From Octopus vulgaris (taxonomy: Eukaryota), in the NCBI GenBank assembly GCA_951406725.2, contig OX597814.1, positions 28,520,001-28,584,000 on the forward strand: DNA of 64,000 bases. Direction: 5' to 3'. Position numbers and translations under genes: made by a program. Within the stretch, counting starts at the first letter, position 1, and each line of letters opens with the position of its first letter. Below are positions 14,033-27,937 of the stretch, one piece after another. The notes beneath the pieces were generated by a model. The model did not search any database, had not been told where the DNA came from, and worked only from the letters and a program-made list of their open reading frames with translations.

Positions 14033-14353
14033 AATGAATGAGAATAGGTGGTGTATACATACATACACCCCAAACCATATGTGTGTGAGTGCTTGTACTT
14101 GTTACATTAAACCTACGTGATTTGAGCTCAGAACGTAGAGATCAAATCATGGTTCAGTTTTGATTCGTAGGTTCATGGAAATAGAATATAGCTTTATAAT
14201 TCACGAGTTATTAATCATCTCAGTATGTGGATCAATAAAATCCTGCAATGCTTTCTTAAAATTTAAAAGAATGGTTTCTAATATCCTCCACCTCTATTCA
14301 TAACCCCTTCTATCGAAGAGATGGCACGTCAAAATTTCTAGAACTGTAAGTGG

Positions 14354-14418
<65 letters not shown>

Positions 14419-14689
14419 TCATATGCATACATAACCACATGCTCACATACACGCACGGACACATAATCAAGATTCATATGTGCATAGACAAATGAAATAA
14501 TTCTTTAATTAAACTATAATCCCATGTAAATCAGTAACCTCTAGTCATTTCATGTCATATACTACAACATACACGACTACTATACCATATACTATGTTAT
14601 AAAACGCACACATACACACACACACATACATAACACTGCACTATACCACACCAGACACACACATGAAAATATATACGCTTGTATATGTC

Positions 14690-15518
14690 TATGTATGTTT
14701 GTTAGTATGTATGTATGCAGGTATGTATGTATGTATGTATGTATGTATTATGTATGTATGTATGTATGTTTGTTGGTGTGTATGTATGTATGCAGGTATG
14801 TATGTATGTATGTATGTATGTATGTATGTATGTATGTATGTATGTATGTATGTATGTTTGTTGGTATGTATGTATGCAGGTAATAAATGTTTGTATGCAT
14901 GAAAATATATACGCTTGTATATGTCTGTGTATGTTTGTTGGTATGCATGTATGTATGTATGTATGTATGTATGTATGTATGTATGTATGTATGTATGTAT
15001 GTAGTTAGGTAGGTAGGCAGGTATGTAGGTAGGTTGGTAGGTGTGCCAAGCTGAAAGAATAATAATAACGTACTAATGGGATTTAATGGTTCGTCAGTTC
15101 ACGTCAAAATCATGTCCGGTTGTTTTGCCTCGACTGTCATCGTGCGATGGTGAGAATGTGGACAGTAAGCCGGTTGTGTGGACTATTAAAGTCTGCCGTT
15201 TTGTAAAGTACATTAACATCGATAAGATTATTACTAAAATCTCAGACGAAAATGAATCAATGTAGTAATTTTCGTTGAAATGATGCCCTGTATCAATTCA
15301 TTTATGCAAGAATGCTACAGACGTTCTGTGTTCATTCTGCACGATTTGCCATAATTGTGTTTATTAGTGCACGCGTGTTCATGTAAATAACAACTCGCAT
15401 TTGTGTGTACGTAAGAGCACGTGTATGTATATTTTCGTAAACAACTGTGGCATTTTGTTCTAAAACCAATATATGCTTGCCATGAGACCGTGCTTTTTAA
15501 GTTGCCCTACCACACACG

Positions 15519-15551
<33 letters not shown>

Positions 15552-15677
15552 TGTATGTATGTATGTATGTATGTATGTATGTATGTATGTATGTATGTAT
15601 GTATGTATGTATGTATGCATGCATGCATGTATGTATGTATGTATGTATGTATGTATGTATCTATGTATGTATGTATG

Positions 15678-15711
<34 letters not shown>

Positions 15712-15925
15712 TGTATGTATGTATGTATATATGTATGTTTGTTGGTGTGTATGTATGTATGCAGGTATGTATGTATGTATGTATGTATGTATGTATGTAT
15801 GTATGTATGTGTGTATGTATATATGTATGTTTGTTGGTGTGTATGTATGTATGTATGTATGTATGTATGTATGCATGTATGTATGTATATATGTATGCAT
15901 GTATGTATGTATGTATATATATATA
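14690..15925. repeat. Two long (TATG)n fields (14690-15040, 15520-15925)
   Basis: Direct observation; source of the MYVC/HTYI ORFs. Confidence 0.95.
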
Positions 15926-16213
15926 AGAGATGACCATAATAGGACATAAGAGATGACCATAATAGGACATCTGACTCACTAGAAAGAGCAGTTAAACTCT
16001 AAACCACTAATAGTTGTAATTCTGAAAGGGAAAGAGAAATAAAAACGTTTACCCTATCTCTCCTGGACTATGCATAGTTTCGGCCATCTCTTGTAAATAA
16101 AATAAAATTATTTTACTTTACAATTGGCGTTGCCATCTTCAGCAGGAAGACCAAGCGGAGAATTTTTCTAGAATTTTTTGCTACCCTAAAATTTATTAAT
16201 CAATGATAAAAGG

Positions 16214-16278
<65 letters not shown>

Positions 16279-16521
16279 TAGTTTGAATTCTCATTGTTCT
16301 GCGTGCAACCTCATGAATTACTACCTGTTTATCTGACATCAACAGTCATCTGTAAATAATTTGTTTGCTGATTTCCATTAACATAAACTTGTAATTTTGT
16401 TAGACCATTCAGGTAGGGGTAGCTTTGACCGAGGAGTTAAGCAATGAGGTCGAAACACTGCGGTGCCTCAAAGTCTCCTTACATCGGTGAATCGCATGTT
16501 ATTAACATACATCTTCTATAG

Positions 16522-16987
16522 CAGTGGCTCTCAAACACTTTTTGTCTATTGACCCCTTTGATTCCTATTTGACTTGGGTGAACCCCCATAGCCATTTGCT
16601 TTATATAAAGAATAAAATCTTACTGTATTTTTATAATGAAACATTAAGAATTGTATAAAAAAATGAAATATTTCGTGTAGGGCAGGCATGGCTTTGTGGT
16701 AAAATGTTTGTTTCTCACCCATATGCTTCCGGTTTTAGTCCCACTTTGGGAAGTGTCTTTTACCAGCGCTTTGCGGTTCGGCAACGAGGGTCGATTCATT
16801 CGAGTAAAAATTCTTCAAGGCGATGCCCCAGCATGGCCGAAGTCCAATGACTGAAACAAATAAAAGGTAAAAGGCGAATGATTGTAAAAGATCGCAAAAG
16901 TATAACCAATTTACTGCTCGTAAACTTTAATAACAAAAACTCGTATGGATGTCCAAGGGTCACTTGGACCCTGGTTGGGAACCCCTG
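16522..16987. mobile_element. hAT-like MITE interrupted by a deleted SINE-A (16680-16872)
   Basis: TIRs cagtggctctcaaac / ggttgggaacccctg. Confidence 0.65.
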
Positions 16988-17493
16988 TCTAAAACGAAGA
17001 GATATTCTCCGATGACGAAAATATTACCGATTTGATTTTCACGTTCGCGCCCTCCAGACCGTATCGAGAATGAATAGATACGTTATTGATTTTTCTTAAA
17101 TTTTGAGGCAGTCGTTGTCATAGAATCTCTTGTTGCCGAGGAAAATATTCTTCCGGTGACAGATAATATGCCATGGATTATTGTACTCTGGCCATTATAT
17201 ATAACTCATAAAGAAAACCAAGACCTAGATTCAACGGTAATGCTGACAAAGATGATTCAATAATCTTGCTCAATACTGTTGACTGTAATAATTAATAGCA
17301 TAAATAATTGGAAGCGGATAACTCTTTAATGACGGAAGTCTTATTGAAACCTTCAATCTAAATTAATCATTTCCAGTTAGAAGATAGCAACGAAATATTT
17401 TACTTAATACCAACAATGGACACAAAATTTTATTAATGCAAAAACTTGAAATTATTACAGTGAATTTATTATGCATGCTCATTTAATTATTAT

Positions 17494-17875
17494 GGAAGCA
17501 CTCCGTCGGTTACGACGATGAGGGTTCCAGTTGATCCGAATCAACGGAACAGCCTGCTCGTGAAATTAACGTGTAAGTGGCTGAGCACTCCACAGACACG
17601 TGTACCCTTAACGTAATTCTCGGGGATATTCAGCGTGACACAGAGAGTGACAAGGCCGGCCCCTTGAAATACAGGTACAACAGAAACAGGGAGTAAGCGT
17701 GAGAAAAAGTTGTGGTGAAAGAGTACAGCAGGGATCACCACCATCCCCTGCCGGAGCCTCGTGGAGCTTTTAGGTGTTTTCACTCAATAAACACTCACAA
17801 CGCCCGGTCTGGGAATTGAAACCGCGATCCTATGACCGCGATCCATTGCCCTAACCACTGGGCCATTGCGCCTCC
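17494..17875 (-). mobile_element. SINE family C, full length
   Basis: tRNA-like head; 11-bp TSD ttaattattat. Confidence 0.93.
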
Positions 17876-17935
17876 TTAATTATTATACACAATAACTAGA
17901 TAGGCTGAGCAATTCTTGATATTGCTGACACTTTT

Positions 17936-18157
17936 CTAACCAAAAATGAATTCAGTATGCTTTGCCTGTGCTCTGAATAGAACATGCAGTTTTGATTTAT
18001 CATTTGTGACTAAACTAGTTATCTCTAAACCGCTTTCTAGTAAAAGCGATCTGTCTCCAGTTAGGGTGTCTCGTGAGGTGATTGATTTGTGTTGTGCATG
18101 GATAACAAGGTCAATGTCATCATAGCAGAAATATAATGATCCAGTGATGCACGATGG
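17936..18157 (-). pseudogene. Possible degenerate LINE reverse-transcriptase fragment
   Basis: Met-less 73-codon frame ...LYFCYDDIDLVIHAQ...TNDKSKLHVLF resembles the YADD motif plus the downstream NxxK motif. Confidence 0.3.
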
Positions 18158-18196
18158 AATAAAATAAATATATTCAAAAAATAAATATATTGAATA

Positions 18197-18598
18197 CTAA
18201 CAGTATCGCCCGGCGTTGCTCGGGTTTGTGAGGGACATAACTATATAAGCATTTTAAGAGAGTTATTGCCAAAAAATAGCAAAAAAATGCATTAAAAATG
18301 GAAAAAAAATTATGGTAAATTTTTTTTAAATCGTTGACTCATCGTAGACATTTTTAGAGAGTTACTTCCCTTATATAATAGCGAAAAAAATGCATTAAAA
18401 TGGAAAAAAATGATGGTAATTTTTTTTAAAAATCGTAGACTCATCGTAGACGCGCGCTAATACCCAGAAGGGCTCGATATGAATCACGACTATAAGATAC
18501 CCGGTTTTGGTTAAACTGCACCGCAAAATGTGGGAGTAGTTAGGAATCTAAGTCGTAGGAGACAGACAGACACACAACCTCTCTTTTATATATAAAGA
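18197..18598 (-). mobile_element. Non-autonomous Helitron, subtype B
   Basis: 5' TC, 3' TTAG variant preceded by cccg-agcaacgc-cggg hairpin, inserted at A|T with no TSD. Confidence 0.88.
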
Positions 18599-18802
18599 TA
18601 TATTCAGACTCTTATTCATGCATATTTAGACCCTGGGTGAAATTATACATTTAACGGCGTTTCACTTGGAATGAGGATCGAAGGTTTCATTGCTATTTAA
18701 AAGTTCATCAACATTCTCCCATTTGTCCCTCGCCAGTTAACCGCCTCTACACCCAGCCCATTCCCTTTAAAGCTTCTAACTTTGTACCTGAATTAGACAC
18801 CA

Positions 18803-19098
<296 letters not shown>

Positions 19099-19099
<1 letters not shown>

Positions 19100-19635
19100 G
19101 AGTGAGAGAGCAGTTGATGCCATCAAAGTGACACTGGGGTAAAATATACGAAGCCCAATATACCCATCATGACTACCCGTCTGATAAGAGTACACCAGGC
19201 ACATGCATCACAACCATATGTGCGCGACATGGTGATCTCATATCAAGATAAACAGCACATGACCTTGCAGGTGGGGCCCAGTTAGAATTTTCTTCAGGTT
19301 GAGTAGCCCATCCCGCTCAAAAGGTCCCTGAATAAGGATTGTTTAAGGATGTTGAAAGAACCACCCATGTTTCCAGAGGTGAATTATTCAAACCCCAAAG
19401 AATCCCTCTCAACACATGGCTATGATGCTCTCCCACTACTTCTGCTCGTGATCAGAGATGCACATATCGTCAGCCACTAAGGGACATGCTCAACTGGTTA
19501 AGGTCAAGCAACTGACAAGCAAATCTGTGGTATTGAGCAGAATATTTGCTGTAGCCCATCTTTTATACCAAGACAAAACAATGTACATGATAACACTTCC
19601 AATCAATTAAGATCAGAAGCCATGAGAGCCACTGC
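19099..19635 (-). mobile_element. Unclassified element lodged in (AAT)n, probable retroposon
   Basis: About 540 bp of complex sequence bounded by trinucleotide tracts on both sides; no ORF; orientation inferred from the tail. Confidence 0.45.
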
Positions 19636-19840
19636 AGCCATGAGAGCCATCAGAAGCCATGAGAGCCATTAGAAGCCATGAGAGCCATCAGAAGCAATGA
19701 GAGCCATTAGAAGCCGTGAGAGCCAACAGAAGCCATCAGAGCCATCAGAAGCCATGAGAGCCATCAGAAGCCATGAGAGCCATCAGAAGCCATGAGAGCC
19801 ATTAGAAGCCATGAGAGCCATCAGAAGCCATGAGAGCCAT
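19613..19840. repeat. 19-bp minisatellite (catcagaagccatgagagc), about 11 copies
   Basis: Direct observation. Confidence 0.93.
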
Positions 19841-19969
19841 TCATCATCATCATCATCATCATTATTATTGTTGTTGTTGTTGTTGTTATCATTATTATTA
19901 CTCTTCTTCTTCTTCTTCTTCTTCTTCTTCTTCTTCTTCTTCTTCTTCTTCTTCTTCTTCTTCTTCTTC

Positions 19970-20050
<81 letters not shown>

Positions 20051-20054
<4 letters not shown>

Positions 20055-20337
20055 TAGTTTTATTTTTATAGCGTGCTTTCACTTCACTACCGAGCGCAGC
20101 TCTGTGTGCCTTGGGTATGTGCTGTGATTTGTTGTGATGCTCTGATGGTTATTGTATGGAAAGTGTTCTGCGTAGGATGTGTGCAGTGCCTAGTAGTGCA
20201 ATTTTCTGTATGTTATATGTGTTTGTAAGTCCTGGTGTTTTTGTTATGTATTTGTCTGAATATTTTTTTATCATGCCTACTATGATAGGAATTGTTTCTG
20301 TTTTCAGGTTCCACATTCTAGTTACCTCTATTTCCAG

Positions 20338-20340
<3 letters not shown>
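20051..20340 (-). mobile_element. R4/Dong-like LINE 3' end
   Basis: Encodes YNIQKIALLGTAHILRRTLSIQ* then a 3' UTR into (AAT)n; same family on + at 24976-25153. Confidence 0.8.
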
Positions 20341-20403
<63 letters not shown>

Positions 20404-21650
20404 GTATGAAAACTCTCAGCTTATTTTGCTGGGTATGATGGAAAATGTCACCTATTCACAACCAGCAGACTAAGGTGACACTTGTTTACTGGTAATACTT
20501 CAAGAACCCTGCGAAGAATTCTTGCAGTTCCAAGCAATGCTGATTTTTGTAGGTGTTCTACCTTCACACTTGCACTAATTTGCTTTTAGCTATGTTGGTA
20601 GTTGAGTGCTAATACTTCCAAGTGTACCAATTGCTATTGGTATCACGTCTACTCTCTTCATTGACCACATCCTTGGTATTCCTCACTTTAAATCGTCATA
20701 GCTGTTTATTTTTTTCTTCTTTCACATAATCCTGTTGTCACCAGAGCATGCATGTTCTTTCTTTTTTATTCACCATCACAACAATGTCCGGTTTCCGATG
20801 TCTGGTCGGGTGATCGCAGTGGATCATTGCAATTCTCATTTTCAGTGACACCTTTTCGAGTTTTCTCATACCACGTCTTTGCTCTTTGTTAGGCCGTGAT
20901 TTTCTCAGAGATCCCAATGGATCATTCTTGCCACATTGTTTGTATTCGCATTGTGCCAACATCGGGCATTTGCAAACAATATGCCATGCCGTTTTACCCC
21001 TCTCGCCACACATTCTGCATTTGTCGCTATCGGTAGTGTTTTCTATTCTGCGTTTCATATAATTGGTACTTAGCGCTTGTTCCTGAGCTGCGCATATGAG
21101 TGCTTCTTTCTCTATCTTCAGGTCACTCCTCCTCATCCATAGCCACCGCTCCTCTGTATCCGTCTTTGCGTTCACACCTCTGGCAAGCTGACCGTACATT
21201 TTCTTTTCCTCCCATGCTCTTTTTTTTTGTTCATTTCTTGTTTAAATTTTTCTTTAGTTACACAATTTTCAGTTTTGATGACACCAGCCTTCTTCGTTTT
21301 TTCCAGAGTGGCTCCACGGCATCTTTATATATTATCCTATGCTGTTTTCCTCTGCTTCGATACAATACTGGAAACTAATTAAATCCCTCTCACCCTTTCT
21401 TCTGGACAAGTACAGCTTATCTGTGTCACTCTTAGGGTGGAAAGTTCCGTTTACTGTCGACATTTCTCTGGTCTTGGTATCCATTTTTTTCATTTCTCTC
21501 TTTAGCCATTTTATAATTCCTCCTCCATACCTAAGTGATGCTATCGCCCACGTATTAACTGCTTGGATTTATTTTATTCCATCCAGTCAATTCTGAGTGC
21601 AACACCAACCTCAGTCTTCAGAAATACTCCATACTCAGTTGCTCCATTAT
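20404..21650 (-). pseudogene. R4/Dong-like (RLE-type) non-LTR retrotransposon ORF relic
   Basis: YGQL...W.WMRRSDLK.E.EALICAAQEQAL.TNY, CCHC knuckle CRMC...HIVCKC, KPDIV endonuclease motif; frameshifts; 3' end at (AAT)n. Confidence 0.88.
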
Positions 21651-21690
21651 TATTTTGAATGATACACATTAAAATACAAGCAAATATATA

Positions 21691-22110
21691 GGCGCAGGAG
21701 TGGCTGTGTGGTAAGTAGCTTGCTAACCAACCACATGGTTCCGGGTTCAGTCCCACTGCGTGGCATCTTGGTCAAGTGTCTTCTGCTATAGCCCCGGGCC
21801 GACCAATGCCTTGTGAGTGGATTTGGTAGACGGAAACTGAAAGAAGCCTGTCGTATATATGTATATATATATAAGTGTGTGTGTATATGTTTGTGTGTCT
21901 GTGTTTGTCCCCCTAGCATTGGTTGACAACTGATGCTGGTGTGTTTACGTCCCCGTAACTTAGCGGTTCGGCAAAAAGAGACCGATAGAATAAGTACTGG
22001 GCTTACAAAGAATAAGTCCCGGGGTCGATTTGCTCGACTAAAGGCGGTGCTCCAGCATGGCCGCAGTCAAATGACTGAAGCAAGTAAAAGAGTAAAAGAG
22101 TAAAGAGAGT
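21691..22110 (+). mobile_element. SINE family A
   Basis: Full-length young copy. Confidence 0.93.
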
Positions 22111-22771
22111 ATATATCTAGGCTCAAACCCATATAGGAAATAGTTGGCAGCTGACGGCTAGACAGTCTATGTTTTAGTTGTTATCCAACATCATGAAAGG
22201 TTGATGATATTTCCAGCAATCCCAACACTGGTAATACTTTTTCTCTGTTGCTAAACAGTTTATTTTATCCAGTGTATGTGTGTGCGTGTGTGTGTGTGTG
22301 TGGGGGGGGACTACCATCAAATGCCACAGCTTATTTGACAGGTTTAGGTGGGTTTGATCAAATCCACCCAACGTTTGACCGGGGTCTTTCTAAAAGGCAG
22401 ATGTGATGGTAGTGGGGTTCTATTTCGAGAAGTGCAAAATGTTTTTAGATAGGATTCAGACAAATAGCTATGTTTTATGGGTTAATGCTAAGAACAGACT
22501 CAGTTCATCAATGCCAACATCATAGAACGCTATCTCGCTGTTATAAATCAATTCTCACACAGTTGGTGAGATTTTACGCACGGTTACACCCATCAATCGT
22601 GCTGAGGAGGTCTTCCGTGCTGTCAGAAATTTCCATTGATATCTCTATTAAGAGACGTACATTTAGCGCAGAAAGGTGTGATCTTCCACAGCTTTTTGGC
22701 ATTGTTAGCGTAACACACAAAGCATGTGGATAGGCCGGCTACAGGATCAGTAAGAGTTTTTATGACCCTTC

Positions 22772-22990
22772 CTAAGGGCATATAAATAGGGTTGGGTGTC
22801 CCCTTATTTGTAGCTTGGATGTCATTGTTGGCTTTTTTTTATATTGTAAAATATTACACCAAATTCCCATAAGAGCATTTAAAAGTTCTTCATTCGTGTC
22901 ATGATCAAGTTGTGTTACTTCACTCGTGTCGTCAGTATGCAGTTTCTTGCTAAAAGTATAAATCAACAAGGCATTAAAATCAAGAGACAT
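22772..22990 (-). pseudogene. Possible degenerate PLE reverse-transcriptase fragment
   Basis: SLDFNAL...EELLNAL...CNILQYKKK...QIRG.P resembles RT motifs SLDVxxLY and NxFxF...YxQxxGxxMG. Confidence 0.3.
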
Positions 22991-23240
22991 CCGAGCAGAA
23001 TTTTCAGCAGGGAAGCATACAGTTTCTATATTCTTAATGTGTTATATTTTCAGAAGAGCACGAAAAAAGGATGGGTTCAGTGACAGAGGATCAAATCTAA
23101 AAGGCGCTAAGTTTGGGGGAGATTTAGTTGCTATTGTTGTTTTAACCAAGATTATCTGTTCCTGATCAAACTTATAATTGATGATGTTAATAGAATCACG
23201 CACTTCCTATCTTAATTTTTTTGTTTAGACGTGGGCGTGT

Positions 23241-23573
23241 AGGCGTGGCTGTTTGGTAAGAAGTTTGCTTCCCAACCATATGGTTCCGGGTTCTGTCCCA
23301 CTGTGTGGCACCTTCGGCAATTGTCTTTTCTACTATAGTTTCGGGCCGACTAAAGCCTTGTGAGTGGATTTGGCAGACGGAAACTGAAAGAAGCCCGTCG
23401 TGTGTATATATACAGGAGTGGCTGTGTGTTAAGTAGCTTGCTAACCAACCACATGGTTCCGGGTTCAGTCCCACTGCGTGGCATCTTGGGCAAGTGTCTT
23501 CTGCTATAGCCCCGGGCCGACCAATGCCTTGTGAGTGGATTTGGTAGACGGAAACTGAAAGAAGCCTGTCGTA

Positions 23574-23618
<45 letters not shown>

Positions 23619-23832
23619 TTGTGTGTGTGTGTTTGTCCCCCTAGCATTGCTTGACAACCAATGCTGGTGTGTTTACGTCCCCGTCACTTAGCGGTTCGGC
23701 AAAAAGAGACCGATAGAATAAGTACTGGGCTTACAAAAAGAATAAGTCCCGGGGTCGAGTTGCTCGACTAAAGGCGGTGCTCCAGCATGGCCGCAATCAA
23801 AATGACTGAAACAAGTAAAAGAGTAAAAGAGA

Positions 23833-23869
<37 letters not shown>

Positions 23870-23995
23870 TGTCTGTGTGTGTCTTTGTATCTATGCTTGT
23901 TTATCTCCCACCACCGCTTAACAACCGGTGTTGGTGTGTTCACGTCCCTGTGGTTTGGCAAACAGACCAGTAGAATAAGAACCAAGCTTAAAAGA
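23241..23995 (+). mobile_element. Older SINE-A with a younger SINE-A (23413-23832) nested in its internal microsatellite
   Basis: 5' half 23241-23410, complete insert, then (TG)n and 3' half 23835-23995. Confidence 0.8.
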
Positions 23996-24251
23996 GTATC
24001 TTGGTTTGTATTATCCAAATATCCTATTGTTTAAGATGCTAGAGTAAATTTTATAAAACTTGAAAGGATGAAAGGCAAAGTTGATCTTGGAAGAAAGAAT
24101 TTCGAGCGGCACATGGCAACATATTTTAGAAGAAGGCTATAGTCAATTAAAGTGACTCTTTACGTGAACACTATTTCAGTTTCATCGATTGCCAAGAAAG
24201 ATTGAAGGCAAATACAGCTTAAGCAAGGGTTTTACTACAAAAGAAAAAAAA

Positions 24252-24408
24252 GGCGTGTCTGTGTGGTAAGAAGCTTGCTTCTCAGTCCTATGGTTCTGGT
24301 TTCAGTCCCACTGCGTAGCACCTTGGACAAGTGTCTTTTCCTATAGCCTTGGGTCAATCAAAGCCTTGTGAGTGGATTTAGTAGACAGAAACTGAAAGCT
24401 CATCGTAT

Positions 24409-24459
<51 letters not shown>

Positions 24460-24670
24460 TGTGTTTGTACCTGTATTTGTCCCCTCATCACCGCTTGACA
24501 ACCAATGTTGGTGTGTTTCTGTCCTCGTAACTTAGCAGTTCGGCAAAAGAGACCGATAGAATAAGTACTAGGCTTAAAATAATAAGTCGTGGAGTGGATT
24601 TGTTCGACTAAAACTCTTCAAGGCGATGCTCTAGCATGGTCGCAGTCAGATGAGTGAAAGAAGTACAAAA
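24252..24670 (+). mobile_element. SINE family A, diverged
   Basis: All modules present. Confidence 0.85.
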
Positions 24671-24914
24671 AAACAACAACTTTTATTGTCAATAATAATA
24701 ATAATAATAATAATAATTTCTTAAATTCGCGCAGGACCACAAATGTATGAGAACGAGGGGCGGGGGAAGAATTAGTTGAGAAAAATCACCAGTACTTGAC
24801 TGGTATTTAATTCTTGTCGTTAATGGAAGGTTGAAAGGTAAAGTCGATAGAGATCAGATTTGAACTCAAAACGTAAAGGGGTTCAGTCAACTTGTTCTGC
24901 CTATGATGATGATG

Positions 24915-24975
<61 letters not shown>

Positions 24976-24978
<3 letters not shown>

Positions 24979-25150
24979 CAAACACATATAACATACAGAA
25001 AATTGCACTACTAGGCACTGCACACATCCTACGCAGAACACTTTCCATACAATAACCATCAGAGCATCACAACAAATCACAGCACATACCCAAGGCACAC
25101 AGAGCTGCGCTCGGTAGTGAAGTGAAAGCACGCTACAAAAAATAAAACTA

Positions 25151-25153
<3 letters not shown>
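24976..25153 (+). mobile_element. R4/Dong-like LINE 3' end in (AAT)n
   Basis: Reverse complement of 20051-20225; (AAT)n on both sides. Confidence 0.82.
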
Positions 25154-25212
<59 letters not shown>

Positions 25213-25300
25213 CAACAACAACAATGAGCTTCTCTGCCCTAGATGCATGGAAAACACTCGGCGAGAAACGGAAGAAAACTTGAAGAAAGAAGGAAAAAAC

Positions 25301-25374
<74 letters not shown>

Positions 25375-26224
25375 CAACAATAATGATAACGTTTCTTGTG
25401 AAGAAACGGTAAGAACTTACACCGTCGCAGGAATGTAATTATATTTTAAGGAAACAGGAAAAAGGATACAGCGAATGGTTGTAGAAGAGTGGGAGTTACA
25501 GAGTCTGTGATTGTTTTACATTTTATTTATATCTTATTTATATGTTATTTGTATTTGTTTGTTTATTTATTTTATTGTCTTTGATGGTGAGCAGAGGCAT
25601 TTGTGACTTTAGCCTCGTTAGCAGTGATGTTCCTAAATGGGTGTTAGGGTGGCAAAGAGTTGACTGAGAGTGGCATTGAGTGCATTATGATGACGGGTGG
25701 GTGTGAAGAATACAAAATATAGTAAACGAGACAAAGTAAGAGAGAGAGGGGGAGGGAGAGAAGGAAGGAGAGAGGGGAGAGATGGAATAGAAAAGAAGAT
25801 AGACAGAGAGAGTGGGAGAATCGACGGAGTATGCCGGGAATTTTAGTGACCCATGAAGTGTTGAGAGAGGCTGCAAGTAGAAGAGGTGCGGAAGGGATGT
25901 TAAGTGTTGGAAATGGGGAGTGGAGTTGAAGGATGATGGTAATAGAGATGAAAGGAGGTGATCAGTGGGATGATGAAAGGTGAGAGAGGTGAGTAGAGGT
26001 TGTAAAAGAAGAGAGGTAGGTGTATGAGGTGACGTGTTGATGGGAGGAAGAAAAGCGCTGAAAAGAGGAGGAGGAGAGAAGCACGAAGTATAAGAAGGTG
26101 GGTGAGAGGAAGTGAGGTTAGCGATTTGGTGGAGAAGGTGAATGTGAGGTGAGAACTAATGAATCGATATAAAATGTAGGTGTGAGATGAGAAGATTTGA
26201 TGTAGGTGATAAATGTGAGGTAAG

Positions 26225-26790
26225 ATCAAGGGTTCGAAAACTTCACTTGGAAAGTTAGTTCAAGCTCCAACAATGGCTTTTCGTTGGGAGAAAGCATGTT
26301 GGATGGTTTACTGAACGCTGAGTAAATCAGCGATGCTGAAGTTGATACCTAAGCAATTCAACTAAGTACGTTACCGATTATCAAACTCTTCAGACAGCGG
26401 TGCGATGGTTTGTACATTTTTTGCTTTCAGTCCACACTAATACATATTTCTTTACTACACCCACAAGGGGCTAAACACATGAGAGTTCAAACAAGGACAG
26501 ACAAAGGGATTAAGTCGATTATATCGACCCCAGTGCGTAACTGGTACTTATTTAATCGACCCCGAAAGGATGAAAGGCAGAGTCGACCTCGGCGGAATTT
26601 GAACTCAGAACGTAACGGCAGACGAAATGCCGCTAAGCATTTCGCCCGGCGTGCTAACGTTTCTGCCAGCCCGCCGCCTTCCTCACTCGTATAACCGCAC
26701 TAATACATACAGCACGCTGTAATTGTTTTAGTTTCAACACATAGTCTCAAATCAAATCACATGCCAGACAAGTTCATCTCCGAAAATAGC
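26225..26790 (-). pseudogene. Degenerate PLE GIY-YIG fragment interrupted by SINE-B
   Basis: Pieces YSVLYVLV...YV...TNHRTAV, FSIADL.SV, QRKAI/LELELTF..K..NP follow the PLE EN layout; followed on the minus strand by a CT-rich tract (25440-26220). Confidence 0.4.
26449..26679 (-). mobile_element. SINE family B
   Basis: Full-length reverse copy. Confidence 0.92.
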
Positions 26791-26966
26791 CATGGCGCAG
26801 ACGTGGCTGTGTGGTAAGAAGCTTGCTTTCCCAACCACATGGTCCCGGGTTCAGTCTCATTGCGTGACAGATTGGGCAAGTGTCTTTCACTATAGCCTCG
26901 GGCTGATCAAAGCCTTGTGGGTGGAATTGGTGGACAGAAACTCAAAGAAACCCGTCCTACACCCCA

Positions 26967-27050
<84 letters not shown>

Positions 27051-27055
<5 letters not shown>

Positions 27056-27890
27056 TAATAAATAAATAAAACATATGCATATATACATACATATATGTAC
27101 GTACCTACCTCTACATGTATATATACATGCATATATGGGTACAGGACACCAAAAAAAAAAACGTCGAACACAATGAGAAACGAAAACATAAACACAAAAC
27201 CAAGGAACTGGAGATTTTTCTTAAACAACGAAAAAATAGAGTACAGGGCAAATAACACAAGGAAAATTCCCCTTCTTCAGTCGCCATGGTTTCATCTACT
27301 CTGCGTTTCGAAGGTGAAGGCGATACGCATCTTCAATAGAAACTTTCCTTCCCGCGAAAAGCAAATTAAATAAAATTTGAGATCTTTTTGCGGAGGGGTA
27401 AAAATGGTAACAAAAACAAGACAGTAACGACAGTACAAAATATAAACAGTAAAAGACAGGACAAGGAGAATAACAAGACAAGAAGGGCTGTTAAAAGTAT
27501 TACGAACGCAACTTTTGAGAACGGCGAAGGAGCAACAGAAAATGCCGTCTACACTTCAAGGAAGCCAGGTCAGAAAGACAGTAGCAGAGCTCTCGTCGCG
27601 GGTCAACGACGGGAGGGAGGAGGAGGAGCAAGAGAAAGGGAGAGAAAAAAAGGGAATGGTTGTAGAGGAAACCAATGAAGAATGAGAGAGAGAGAGGGAG
27701 AGACAGTAAGGTAGAAGAAAAGGAAATCAGAAAGAATGAAGGATGAGAAAGGGAGGGGACAGAAAGGTTAAGACTGCGCATCATTATTAATATCAAGAAC
27801 GATCTTACTTAGAAATGGATGCGTGCGTTCCATCATATAATAAATTAATAAATAAAACATATGCATATATACATACATATATGTACGTAC

Positions 27891-27893
<3 letters not shown>
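27051..27893 (-). mobile_element. Probable PLE pseudo-LTR fragment with terminal direct repeat
   Basis: (TA)n on both sides; about 55-bp direct repeat (27051-27107, 27841-27893); hammerhead half-motifs near 27270-27340. Confidence 0.6.

Positions 27894-27933
<40 letters not shown>

Positions 27934-27937
<4 letters not shown>

Noticed and set aside
16425-16470. CCGAGGA...cGAAAC motif
   Set aside because: Stems I and II cannot be paired convincingly
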